64,000 nucleotides of DNA, taken from an uncultured Actinomycetes bacterium. Its GTDB lineage: Bacteria > Actinomycetota > UBA4738 > HRBIN12. The notes beneath the pieces are model-generated. The model did not search any database, was not told where the DNA came from, and saw only the letters and a program-made list of their open reading frames with translations. The translations under genes and the position numbers were made by a program. Of the stretch, positions 1 to 9,911 are shown in pieces (within the stretch, counting starts at the first letter, position 1; each line of letters opens with the position of its first letter). Location of the stretch: positions 12,280 to 76,279 of the forward strand of contig CAVUTN010000006.1 in the NCBI GenBank assembly GCA_963744515.1, written 5' to 3'.

Positions 1-808
1 CGCGACCCGCCCGGCCGGCGTCGTCTTCGGGTCGGTGATCATGAAGAACAGGAAGATCAGGATCTCGGGCGAGAACACGATCACCCACCAGAAGTGCGCC
101 CCGCACACGGGCTCGAACGACCACCGCGCGGTCATGCAGTGGCCCGAAGCGGCCAACACGCCGATGCCGACCGCGAGCGTGAGCCAGAACGCCGCCGACA
201 TCCCGAGCAGGTGCAGGCGAGCCGTGATCAGCAGGCCGCCCACGAGGATGATCAGGTAGGCCGCGACCATCCAGCCGTCGAACGGCGCCCACCAGAAGTC
301 GAGCGGTTCGATCCGGGTGCTGCCGAGCAGCAGGAAGGCCGCGACCAGACCCACGTTCGACGGGTTGAAGATGTGCGAGCCGCGGTAGCGGATCAGGTAC
401 TTCGTGAGCAGCGACAGCCCCGCCACGAGCGCGAACACGTACCAGCCCCGCCAGGTCCAGTGGTCGTTGCTCTGCATGTCGCTCAGACGCAGGATCAGCG
501 CCACGCCGCTGCCCGGTGAGCATCGCGCTCGCCGGCCAGACGAGCGTGCCCGTCTTGGAGAGGGTCCACCCGACCTCGATGACGGCGCAGACGAGGATCG
601 CCACCAGGATCTGGGGGACCGACACGCGGAACCCGAGCGCGACCTGGCCGAGGACGTGGATCGAGATGATCACCGCCGCGAGGTGGAGCCGCGGGTCGCG
701 GATGTTCGGCGCGACGAACGGGTAGGTGCGTCCGAAGATCCGCACCGTGCGGCCGGCCGGCTTCGCGGGCGGCGCGGGCGGCTCCGGCGCCGCGGGTCCC
801 GGCGCCAC
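1..808 (-). CDS. Polytopic membrane protein, possibly NqrB/RnfD-like; C-terminus lies outside the window
   Basis: Hand translation of the minus strand gives VAPGPAAPEPPAPPAKPAGRTVRIFGRTYPFVAPNIRDPRLHLAAVIISIHVLGQ...SNVGLVAAFLLLGSTRIEPLDFWWAPFDGWMVAAYLIILVGGLLI...FFMITDPKTTPAGRVA, with several hydrophobic helices. FFMxTDPxT resembles the NqrB/RnfD family motif (from memory). The frame is broken near 505 by an extra C, so the track shows only fragments (495..917). The GTG start at 808 is a guess. Confidence 0.5.
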   Translation of the reverse strand, partial: MAPGPAAPEPPAPPAKPAGRTVRIFGRTYPFVAPNIRDPRLHLAAVIISIHVLGQVALGFRVSVPQILVAILVCAVIEVGWTLSKTGTLVWPASAMLTGQRRGADPASERHAEQRPLDLAGLVRVRARGGAVAAHEVPDPLPRLAHLQPVERGSGRGLPAARQHPDRTARLLVGAVRRLDGRGLPDHPRGRPADHGSPAPARDVGGVLAHARGRHRRVGRFGPLHDRAVVVRARVRGALLVGDRVLARDPDLPVLHDHRPEDDAGRAGR

Positions 809-947
809 CTCCGGTCGCCGGCGCGGCGTTCGTCACCGACCGTGCAGACGTCTGCGTGATCGGTGGATGTGGCTCGTTCAGGACGTCCCCCAGAAGGGTT
901 CGACAGGAGGCGGTCATCGTACGCGCTCGCCGTGGAGCGATTCGGCT

Positions 948-2640
948 CTAGGAGGCGGCCCGCTTCACGAGCTGGCGAACCCGCGCGGGCGTGAGCCGCT
1001 TCGCGCCGGCGGCCTCGAGCCACCCGAAGACCTCGTTCCGCATCCCGAGCGCGGTCACGCCGATCACGTCGCCGCGCTTGGAACGCCCGAGCACGCCCGC
1101 GGAGCCCCGCGAGCTCGTCGGCGTAGGCGTCGACCTCCGTGGCGCCGCCATCGCGCGCGCCCGCGATGAGCCGTTCGATGACGTCGAGACGGTCTCGGCC
1201 GCGGAGGTAGCGCAGGAGCTCGGCGACGGCGACGTGGTCGGCCCCCCGAGCGGCGGCGTACGCGAAGTCGTGCAGGATCTGGTCGGTCCGGTCCCCGGCG
1301 GTGCAGATCACGAGCCAGATCTCGCGGCCGGGCCTGCGCAGCCCGTTGCACATCTCGGTGAGGCCACGCATGCCGGCCTCGTTGTGCGCGTAGTCGAGCA
1401 CGAGCACCCGCCCGTCGAGCCCGAACAGGTTCGCGCGGCCCGGATTGCGTTCGGGGTCGGTCACGAACGTCGTCAGCCCCTTCACGACCGCGCGCTCGGG
1501 CAGCCCGATCGCGAGCGCGGCGGACGCGGCCTGCATCGCGTTCATCACGTTGTGGCGCGAGATGCCGGCGATCGTGACGGGGATGTCGATCAGCTCCATC
1601 GAGGGTCGCGACGACGACCCGTCGAGCACCGTCAGCCAGCCGTCGAGCGGCACCGTCGCGCGGCCGCCGTCGGCCAGGGTGTCGCGGATCGCGGGGTGCC
1701 AGGGGTCGAGCGAGCAGAGCCAGGGTCTGCCCGTCGCGAGCCGGCGCATCGAGAGCACCCGCGGGTCGTCCGCGTTCAGCACGTCCCACCCGTCCGGCCG
1801 CGTGATCCTCGTGACCGTCGCCTTCACCTCCGCGAGCTGGTCGATCGTCTGGATGCCGTGGAGCCCCAGGTGGTCCTCCGACACGTTCGTCACGACCGCG
1901 ACGTCGTTGTGGAGCACGCCGATCCCGCGGAGCAGGATGCCGCCGCGCGCGGTCTCCAAGACCGCGACGTCGGGGTGCTCGGCCAGCGCTCGAGCCGCGC
2001 CGCCGAACCCCGAGTAGTCGCCCTCCTCGATCAGTTCGCCGTCGCCGCGGTAGACCCCGTCCGTGGAGGAATACGCGACGGTCCTGCCGGCCGACCGCAC
2101 GATGTGGGCCAACAGCCGAACGGTGGTCGTCTTGCCGTTGGTCCCGGTGACCGAGACGACCGGGATGTCGGGGTCGGTGACCTCGGGCTCGTCGCCCGGC
2201 TCGACCTCCGCGACCCGAGCGGCCGCCTCGGCGAGCAGTCGCTCGACCGAACGCCGACCGCCCACCTCGTGCAGGAGCGGCGCCACCTCGAGCCCGAGCG
2301 CCTCGGCCGCGCCGCGCCGCCGCCACGGGAACGCGACGACGACCTGGTCGGGTTCGGGACCCGGGCGGCTGCGGACCGCGAGCCGAACCCGGCTCGCGGT
2401 CGCGAGCCGCCACGTCAGCCGCGCGGCGAGCCGCGCGACGGTCCGCCGTCGCTGGTCCGATCCGGGACGACCGGGGCGACCGGTCGCGCCAGCCCGTTCG
2501 AGCGCCGAGGCCAGGCGTTCTTCTGGGATCTCGATCCAGCCCCCGACCGCGATCGTGAGCTTGACCGCGGGGCGCGGGAAGTACAGGTTCGGACCGTCGA
2601 GCACGCGGAGCTCGACGAGGTCGGCGCGCGATGGTGCCAC
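948..2640 (-). CDS. Mur-ligase family protein with a cyanophycin-synthetase-like N domain and no ATP-grasp domain (one frameshift in this assembly)
   Basis: This is the real part of track ORF 670..3831(-), starting VAPSRADLVELRVLDGPNLYFPRPAVKL. It has the Mur-ligase P-loop VSVTGTNGKTTT, plus DYAHNEAG and ICTAGDR. The last ~60 aa continue in ORF 948..1151(-) (SKRGDVIGVTALGMRNEVFGWLEAAG..KRAAS*) after a +1 indel near 1098. GTG start at 2640. Confidence 0.8.
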
Positions 2641-2654
2641 GGGCGCGAGCTTAG

Positions 2655-3938
2655 TCAGCCGGGGTCGCCCGCGTGATACCGGCGGAACGCCGGGGCTCGC
2701 CACGCGACGGCGGCGGCGCCGGCGATGCACAGGAGCCCGCCCGAGACCACCGACGCCATCGGCGAGAAGGCCGCCGCCACGAGGCCGGCCTCGAGGTCGC
2801 CGAGCCTCGGCCCGCCGGTCACCACCAGGATGTGGATGCCGAACAGCCGCCCGCGGAGGTGTTCGGGGACCGTGACCTGCAGGATCGTGTTGCGGAACAC
2901 GGCCGAGATCACGTCGGCCGCCCCCGCGATCGCCAGGAACAGGATCCCGAGCCACAGGTGGGCCCCCACCAGCCCGAACGCGGCGATGCCGGCGCCCCAC
3001 ACGACGACCGCCCAGATCACCGCCAGCCCCTGGTGACGGATCCGGCCCACCCAACCGCTCGTCGCGGCACCAACGAACGCGCCCACCGCGGGCGCCGCGA
3101 ACAGGAGCCCGGCCACGGTCGCGCCCCGATGGAACTGCGTGAGCGCGAGCACCGGGAACAGCGCCCGGGGCATCCCGAACACCATCGCGATGATGTCGAT
3201 CACGAACGTCGACTGGAGCACCTGGCGGCCGCGCAGGAACGCGAACCCCTCCTTCACCGCCCGCCACCCGACCGCCGCTCGTTCGCCTTGCGAAGGCGGC
3301 ATCGGGCGGATCGAGATCGAGGCGAGCAGCAACAGGCCGATCGAGATCAGGTCGATCGCATACGCCCACGAGAACCCGAAGCCCGCGACGACGATCCCCG
3401 CGAGCGCGGGCCCGATCAGGCCGGCGCCGTTCCAGATGATCTGGTTGAGCGCGGCGGCGGCGGGCAGCTGGGTCTTGTCGAGCAGGCGGGGGGTCATCGC
3501 GCTGCGGGTGGGGCTGTCGATCGCGCTCGTCGCGGCGATGCCGGCCACCGCGACGTAGATCAGCGCGAGCGGCGGGTCGCCGTGGACGGCCCCCGCGAAG
3601 AGCAGGCCCGAGGACGCGAGGTACCCGACCTGCGCGGTGATCAGGATCTTCCGCCGGTCGAACGCGTCCAGGAACGTTCCGCCCGCCAGCGTTCCCACCA
3701 CGAGCGCGAGGAACCCGACCAGGCCGATCAGCCCCACGGCCACGGTCGACTGGGTCAGGCTGTACACCTGCAGGAACGTCGCGACGATCGTGAACTGCGA
3801 CCCGAACGTGGACGCCGCCAGCCCGAGCCACAGCCGCCGGAAGTCGCGCGACGCGCGGAGCGGCGTGACGTCCACCGCGATCCGCCGGGCGAACCCCCCG
3901 ATCCGCGACGTCCGTGTTGGGTCCGGCTCGTCGCTCAT
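2655..3938 (-). CDS. MFS transporter, EntS/enterobactin-exporter-like (MFS_3)
   Basis: ORF 2655..4121(-) read from the internal ATG at 3938: MSDEPDPTRTSRIGGFARRIAVDVTPLRASRDFRRLWLGLAASTFGSQF.... About 12 hydrophobic segments and high GC3. Confidence 0.85.
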   Translation of the reverse strand: MSDEPDPTRTSRIGGFARRIAVDVTPLRASRDFRRLWLGLAASTFGSQFTIVATFLQVYSLTQSTVAVGLIGLVGFLALVVGTLAGGTFLDAFDRRKILITAQVGYLASSGLLFAGAVHGDPPLALIYVAVAGIAATSAIDSPTRSAMTPRLLDKTQLPAAAALNQIIWNGAGLIGPALAGIVVAGFGFSWAYAIDLISIGLLLLASISIRPMPPSQGERAAVGWRAVKEGFAFLRGRQVLQSTFVIDIIAMVFGMPRALFPVLALTQFHRGATVAGLLFAAPAVGAFVGAATSGWVGRIRHQGLAVIWAVVVWGAGIAAFGLVGAHLWLGILFLAIAGAADVISAVFRNTILQVTVPEHLRGRLFGIHILVVTGGPRLGDLEAGLVAAAFSPMASVVSGGLLCIAGAAAVAWRAPAFRRYHAGDPG

Positions 3939-3976
3939 GCGGTCGAAGGTAGCAACGGAGCCGGCCGATCCGGCCG

Positions 3977-5320
3977 CTACCCGGTGCCGGCGCCGATCGC
4001 CTCGTCCAGGATGCCGAGCCCGTCCTCGAGCAGCGCCTCGTCGATCGTGAGCGGAGGTAGCAGCCGGATCACGTTGTCGTACGTTCCGGCCTTCAGGATG
4101 ACGACGCCCTCCTCGAGGCACCGCTTCACGATCGCGTTGCCGCTCGGCCCGCTCGAGCGGTTCCTTCGTCTCCGCGGTCCGTCACCAGCTCGATCGCGTT
4201 CATCATCCCGCGGCCCCGAACGTCACCGATCACGTCGTGCCGGTCACGCATCTCGCGCAGCCGCCCGAGCACCTTCTCGCCGAGCGTGCGCGAGCGTTCG
4301 AGCAGGCCCTCGCTTCTCGATCTGGTCGAGGACCGCGAGCGCCGCCGCCGCCGCGACCGGGTTGCCGCCGTACGTGCCGCCGAGCCCGCCGACGTGGACG
4401 GCGTCCATCAGGTCGGCCCGGCCGGTGACCGCGCTGATCGGCAAACCGCCGCCGAGCGACTTCGCGCTCGTGATGAGGTCGGGCACGACGCCCTCGTCCT
4501 CGATCGCGAACCAGCGGCCGGCGCGGCCCATGCCGCTCTGGACCTCGTCGGCGATGAACACGATCCCGTGCTCCGAGCAGAACTCGGCCAGGCCCTTCAC
4601 GAAGCCCGGCGCCGGGACGATGAACCCGCCCTCGCCCTGGATCGGCTCGAGGATCACCGCGGCGACGTTCTCCTCGCCGATGTGCTTGTGGATCTCCTCG
4701 CGCGCGTAGTCGAGCGCCTCCTCGGCGCACCGCTCGGGGCCGCCGGGCCAGCGGTACGGGTAGGCGAACGGCAGCCGGTAGATCTCGGGCGCGAACGGGC
4801 CCATGCCCTGCTTGTAGGGCATCACCTTCGCGGTGAGCGACATCGCGAGCAGCGTGCGGCCGTGGAACGCGTGGTCGAACGTCACGATCGCCTGGCGGCC
4901 GGTCGCCTTGCGCGCGATCTTCACGGCGTTCTCGACGGCCTCGGCGCCCGAGTTCGCGAACATCGTCTTCTTCGGCGCGTCGCCGGGCGCGAGCGCGTTC
5001 AGCCGTTCGGCCAGCTCGATGTAGGGCTCGTTCGCGGTCACGTGGAAGCACGTATGGGTGTCGAGCTCGAACTGCCGCTGCGCCGCCGCGACGACCTCGG
5101 GCGAGGTGTGGCCGACGTTCAGAACCGAGATGCCGGTGGCGAAGTCGATCAGCCGGTTGCCGTCGACGTCCTCGATGATCGCGCCCGACGCCCGGGCCGT
5201 GACGATCGGATGGGTGTTGAACACGCCTTGCGGGACGGCCGTGGCGCGGCGCTCGAACCACTCGCGCGACCTCGGCCCCGGGATCTCGGTGACGACCTTG
5301 CGCTCTTGCGGGATGTCCAC
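3977..5320 (-). CDS. gabT: 4-aminobutyrate aminotransferase (class III PLP aminotransferase), three +1 frameshifts near the 3' end
   Basis: ORF 4244..5506(-) contains ...ILEPIQGEGGFIVPAPGFVKGLAEFCSEHGIVFIADEVQSGMGRAGRWFAIEDEGVVPDLITSAKSLGGGLPISAVTGR..GGLGGTYGGNP, close to E. coli GabT. GTG start at 5320 is preceded by GAGGAGG. The C-terminus (EGLLERSRTLGEKVLGRLREMRDRHDVIGDVRGRGMMNAIELV..GNAIVKRCLEEGVVILKAGTYDNVIRLLPPLTIDEALLEDGLGILDEAIGAGTG*) was recovered by hand across shifts at ~4300, ~4160 and ~4130. Confidence 0.9.
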
Positions 5321-5552
5321 GCTCGAACCTCCTCGGCTGTTGGCTCGGCTCTCGCACGCGGAGGTGTCTCGCGGCGTGCCGGCCGAGGCATCCGCCAAGG
5401 ACTCCCTACGTCTGGCATGCCTCGGAGCGGAATCCGCGTCGGACCGGCGATGGTCACGCCCGAGTGGCCTTCGACCTGCCTGTTTCGGCATACTTTGGCT
5501 GGGCACGACCCTCAGACCCCTCGGGGTCCCGGCGCAGGAAGGTGAGGTCCGG

Positions 5553-7005
5553 ATGGGCGACGCGAAGACCTACAAGATGTACATCGGCGGCGAGTGGGCG
5601 GACGCCACGGACGGCCAGACCCGCAAGATCGTCAGCCCCGCCAACGGCGACGTGATCGCCGAGGTCCCGGAGGCGTCCGCGGCGGACGTCGACCGAGCGG
5701 TCGCCGCCGCCAGGAAGACCTACGACGAGACCTGGTGCGACGCCACGCCGGGGGAGCGGAGCCGGGCTCTGCTGCGGATGGCCGACCTGGTCGAGGAGCA
5801 CGGGGACGAGCTCGGGCGACTCGAGTCGGAGAACGTGGGCAAGGTCCTCGCGCTCACGATGTCCGAGGAGATCCCGGTCATCGCCGACCAGTTCCGGTTC
5901 TTCGCCGCGGGCGCCCGGGTCCTGAGCGGGCTCGCCTCCGGCGAGTACATGAAGGGGTTCACGAGCATCCTGCGTCGCGAGCCGATCGGCGTCGCCGGGC
6001 TGATCGCCCCGTGGAACTACCCGCTGTACATGTCGGCGTGGAAGATGGGGCCGGCGCTCGCCGCCGGGAACACCATCGTGATCAAGCCGGCCGAGAACAC
6101 GCCGCTCACGCTGCTGCGGTTCGCGCAGCTGGTCGCCGAGGCCGAGATCTTCCCGCCCGGCGTCTTCAACGTCGTGACGGGCGACGGCGTCCCGGCCGGC
6201 GACGCGATCGTCAAGAACAAGGACGTCGGGCATCGTCTCGCTCACGGGGGAGAGCTCGACCGGCAAGCTGATCGCCAAGAACGCGGCCGACACGCTCAAG
6301 CGCGTCCACCTCGAGCTCGGCGGCAAGGCGCCGGTGATCGTGTTCGACGACGCGGACGTCGTCGGCCGCGGCCGAGTGGATCCAGATCGCGGGCTACTTC
6401 AACTCGGGGCAGGACTGCACCGCGGCGACCCGCGTGATCGCGGGCCCGAAGGTGTACGAGAACCTGGTGTCCGAGGTCGTCTCGAAGGTCTCGGAGATGA
6501 AGGTCGGCGACATCTTCGACGACGAGGCCGCGATGGGCTCGGTGGTCTCCGACGTGCAGCTCGACCGGATCCGCGGGCTTCGTCGACCGCGCGCGCGAGG
6601 GCGGCGCCACGATCAACATCGGCGGCGAGGTGATCGACCAGCCGGGCTCCTGGTACGCGCCCACGGTCGTGACCGACGTCGCGCCAGGACTCCGAGATCG
6701 TCCAGAACGAGGTGTTCGGTCCGGTCGTGACGGTGCAGCGGTTCTCGGACGAGGACACCGCGCTCGCGTGGGCGAACGGCGTCGACTACGGCCTCGCGGC
6801 CTCGGTCTGGACGCGGGACGTCGGCCGGGCGCTCCGGATGTCGCGCAAACTGCAGTTCGGCACGGTGTGGATCAACACGCACATCCCGCTCACGCCCGAG
6901 ATGCCGCACGGCGGCTACAAGCAGAGCGGGTACGGCAAGGACATGTCGATCTACTCGATCGAGGAGTACACGAACCTCAAGCACGTGATGGCGTCGCTCG
7001 ACTAG
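5553..7005 (+). CDS. NAD(P)-dependent aldehyde dehydrogenase (aminobutyraldehyde/betaine-aldehyde DH-like), four +1 frameshifts
   Basis: [21 protein letters not shown]...[38 protein letters not shown] (ORF 5058..6437). It continues as [17 protein letters not shown] (6334..), [20 protein letters not shown] (6434..), [12 protein letters not shown] (6630..) and [27 protein letters not shown] (6712..7005). Shifts at ~6228, ~6362, ~6572 and ~6683. RBS GGAAGGTGAGG lies before the ATG at 5553. Confidence 0.9.
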
Positions 7006-7042
7006 GCGCAGACAAGGCCCAAAGGAAGGAAGTGACCCGACG

Positions 7043-8471
7043 ATGAGCGTTCGACCGTTCCTGGTGAACGGGGAGTGGCGGACCGGCGAGGGCACGTTCG
7101 AGGTCCACAGCCCCTACGACGACGCCGTGGTCGCCGAGATCGGCGTGCCGACCGCCGAGGACGTGGAGGAGGCGGTCGCGACGGCCGCCGAGACGTTCGA
7201 GGCGTCGCGGAACCTCCCCGTCCACGCCCGCGCGGACGCGCTCGACCACATCTCGCGCCGCCTGGGCGAGTCGATCGACCAGAACGCCGAGCTGATCGCC
7301 AAGGAGGGCGGCAAGCCGCTCAAGTGGGCGAAGGTGGAGGCGACCCGCGCGGTCTCGACGTTCCGCTGGGCCAGCGAGATCCTCCGGCGGGGCGACGACG
7401 AGCTGATCCGGCTGGACACCGAGGCCTCGCTCGGTTCGCGCGTGGGGCTGATCCGGCGGTTCCCCTACGGGCCCGTGCTCGGGATCACGCCGTTCAACTT
7501 CCCGCTGAACCTGGTGGCGCACAAGGTCGCGCCCTCGCTCGCGGTCGGCGCGCCGATCGTCGTCAAGCCGGCGTCGGCGACGCCGCTCGGGTCGCTCCGC
7601 CTCGCGGAGCTGTTCGACGAGACGGACCTGCCGCACGGGATGTTCCAGGTGCTGCCGGTCTCCTCGAAGGTGGCCGACGGGATGGCCCGGGACGAGCGGT
7701 TCCGCAAGATCTCCTTCACGGGCTCGAGCGACATCGGCTGGTACCTGAAGGGTCTGGACCCGAAGAAGCGCGTCACGCTCGAGCTCGGCGGGAACGCGGG
7801 CGTGATCGTGCATTCGGACGCGGACCTGGACCTGGCGGCGCAGCGGGTCGCGTTCGGCGGCTACTACCAGGCGGGGCAGAGCTGCATCAGCGTGCAGCGC
7901 GTGATGGTCCAGTCCGAGGTGTACGAGGACTTCGCGGCGCGGCTCGTGAAGCAGGTCGAGAGCCTGAAGGTGGGCGACCCGATGGACCCGACGGTCGACG
8001 TCGGCCCCGTGATCCAGAAGAGCGAGGTCGGGCGGATCGACGAGTGGGTGCAGGAGGCGGTCACGCAGGGCGCGACCGTGCTCACCGGTGGCAAGGCGCG
8101 AGGAGCCCTTCTACTACCCCACGCTGATCGGGGACGTCCGGCCCGAGATGAAGGTCTGCCGCGAGGAGATCTTCGGCCCGGTCGTGACGATCAGCCCGTA
8201 CCAGACCTTCGAGGACGCGATCGCGGTCGTGAACGACTCGCGGTACGGGCTGCAGGCGGGCGTGTTCACCAACGACATCAACCGGGCGTTCCAGGCCCAT
8301 CGCGACATCGACGTCGGCGGCGTGATCGTGAACGACGTCTCGGCGTTCCGAGCCGACCAGATGCCGTACGGCGGTTCGAAGGACTCCGGGTTCGGACGTG
8401 AGGGGCTCCGGTACGCGATGGAGGAGATGACCGAGCCGCGGATCATGGTCCTGTCGCACGTCCCGCTTTGA
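7043..8471 (+). CDS. Aldehyde dehydrogenase family protein (non-phosphorylating GAPN / semialdehyde DH-like), one frameshift
   Basis: ORF 7043..8401 (MSVRPFLVNGEWRTGEG...ITPFNFPLNLVAHKVAPSLAVGAPIVVKPASATP...TLELGGNAGVIV..GQSCISVQRV) joins ORF 8088..8471 (EPFYYPTLIGDV..EEIFGPVVTISPY...PYGGSKDSGFGREG) across a +1 shift near 8095. Confidence 0.88.
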
Positions 8472-8481
8472 GCGTGGCCGG

Positions 8482-9621
8482 TTGAGCCGGATCGCGGTCC
8501 TCGGCGCGGGCGCGATGGGCAGCGCCGCCGCGATGCTGCTCGCCCGTCACGACGACGTCGACCTGCTGGTGCTCGACGTCGACGCGGGACGCGCGGCGCG
8601 GGTCGCGGAGCGGGCGGGCGCCGAGGGCCGAGGGTTCGACGCCCACGGCGGCGAGCTCGCGTCGGCCCTGAAGGGCGTCTCGGCCGTCGCCGCGTGCCTG
8701 CCCTACCGGTTGAACCTCGAGGTCATGGAGGCCGCGCTCGGCGCCGGGTGCCACTACGCGGACCTCGGGGGCCTGTACCACGTCACCCTCAAGCAGTGGG
8801 AGCTCGACCCTCGGTTCCGCGAGGCGGGCCTGTCCGCGGTGATGGGGATCGGGTCGGCCCCCGGCATCACCAACGTCCTCGCGCGTCTGGGCGCCGACCG
8901 GCTCGACGAGGGTTCGGTCCGGTCGATCGACCTGGTGAACGGGGCGATCGACCTGTCCGAGGGCGGCGGCGCGTTCGGCGTGCCCTACTCGGCCGAGACG
9001 ATCCTGGACGAGTTCACCCTGCCGGCGGTCGTGTTCGAGGACGGCGAGCTGCGCGAGGTGGAGGCCGGGTCGGGCGTGATCGACTGGGCGTTCCCCGAGC
9101 CGATCGGCACGCAGCCCGCGATGTACACGTTGCACTCGGAGCCGGCCACGTTGCCGCGGACGATCCCCGGCGTGCGCGACGTGCGGTGGCGGCTCGCGCT
9201 GCCGCGGCCGGTCCACGAGGGGTTCGTCTTCCTCGTCCGGGCGGGGCTCGCGTCGCGCGACCCCGTGATGACCTCGAGCGGTCCGGTCGTCCCGCGCGAG
9301 GCGCTCGCGGCCGTCCTGAACCGGCTCTCGGCCGCCGACGGCGAGCCGTCGGACCGTGAGGTGATCGACGTGCGGGTCGTGGGCACCTCGGGCGGCGCCC
9401 CGGCGACGTACCGCTCGCTCGCGAGCTTCGAGCCGTCCCCCGAGGGTCTGTCGGCGGGTGCGTTCGGGACCGCGATCCCGATCGCGACCACCGTGCGCTG
9501 GCTGGCCGAGGGCCGGGTGCCGGCGGGTGTGCACCCGCCCGAGACGGCGTTCGACCCGGCGGCGTTCGTCGCGGATCTCGAGCGCGAGGGCGTCGGGTTC
9601 TCGGGCGAGCTGCTCGCCTGA
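8482..9621 (+). CDS. Saccharopine dehydrogenase-like NAD(P)-binding oxidoreductase
   Basis: Intact 379-aa ORF. It has an N-terminal Rossmann motif (IAVLGAGAMGSAAA) and a GIGSAPGITNVLA segment typical of the saccharopine/carboxynorspermidine dehydrogenase family. TTG start as in the track; lies 10 nt after the preceding ALDH. Confidence 0.75.
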   Translation: MSRIAVLGAGAMGSAAAMLLARHDDVDLLVLDVDAGRAARVAERAGAEGRGFDAHGGELASALKGVSAVAACLPYRLNLEVMEAALGAGCHYADLGGLYHVTLKQWELDPRFREAGLSAVMGIGSAPGITNVLARLGADRLDEGSVRSIDLVNGAIDLSEGGGAFGVPYSAETILDEFTLPAVVFEDGELREVEAGSGVIDWAFPEPIGTQPAMYTLHSEPATLPRTIPGVRDVRWRLALPRPVHEGFVFLVRAGLASRDPVMTSSGPVVPREALAAVLNRLSAADGEPSDREVIDVRVVGTSGGAPATYRSLASFEPSPEGLSAGAFGTAIPIATTVRWLAEGRVPAGVHPPETAFDPAAFVADLEREGVGFSGELLA

Positions 9622-9650
9622 CGCGGCCGAGCCGTACCCTTGGTGTCGAG

Positions 9651-9911
9651 ATGGGCACCCTCGCGCTGATCCTGCTCCCCGCGTGCGCGTTCGTGGCGGT
9701 GGTCGCGATCGTGCTGACCTATCGGCGGCAGCGGACCCTCGAGCCGGAGCGGCCGTGGTGGGGGATGCCGGGGCTGTGGATCGGGTTGTCGATGGCGTTC
9801 GTGCTCCTCGGGGTGTTCGCGTTCCCCCGGCTCCTCGGGTTCACGTTCGTGTTCTTCCCGTTCATCGTCATGCGCAGCGTCGGGCGGGGGCGCCGGGACC
9901 GGCGCGGCTAG
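9651..9911 (+). CDS. Small hypothetical membrane protein (86 aa, 2-3 TM segments)
   Basis: ORF with strong GC3 bias and two long hydrophobic stretches (LALILLPACAFVAVVAIVL; LWIGLSMAFVLLGVFAF). Weak RBS and no recognisable family. Confidence 0.5.
   Translation: MGTLALILLPACAFVAVVAIVLTYRRQRTLEPERPWWGMPGLWIGLSMAFVLLGVFAFPRLLGFTFVFFPFIVMRSVGRGRRDRRG

Noticed and set aside
305-314. GGTTCGATCC, a tRNA T-arm-like decamer.
   Set aside because: It lies inside the membrane-protein coding frame (..STRIEPL..). It has no flanking acceptor, D or anticodon stems.
670-3831. A 1053-aa minus-strand ORF, the longest in the track.
   Set aside because: Only 948..2640 encodes the Mur-ligase-like protein. The upstream 1.2 kb is the antisense frame of the MFS gene: an Arg/Gly/Pro-rich translation with no stop codons simply because of the high GC. 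The last ~300 nt are out of frame after the indel near 1098.
5494-5508. A sigma-54-like TGGC..GCAC string (TTTGGCTGGGCACGA) upstream of the ALDH gene.
   Set aside because: The spacing and the TTGC -12 element do not fit the TGGCAC-N5-TTGC consensus. No enhancer-binding protein is nearby, and Actinomycetota generally lack sigma-54.
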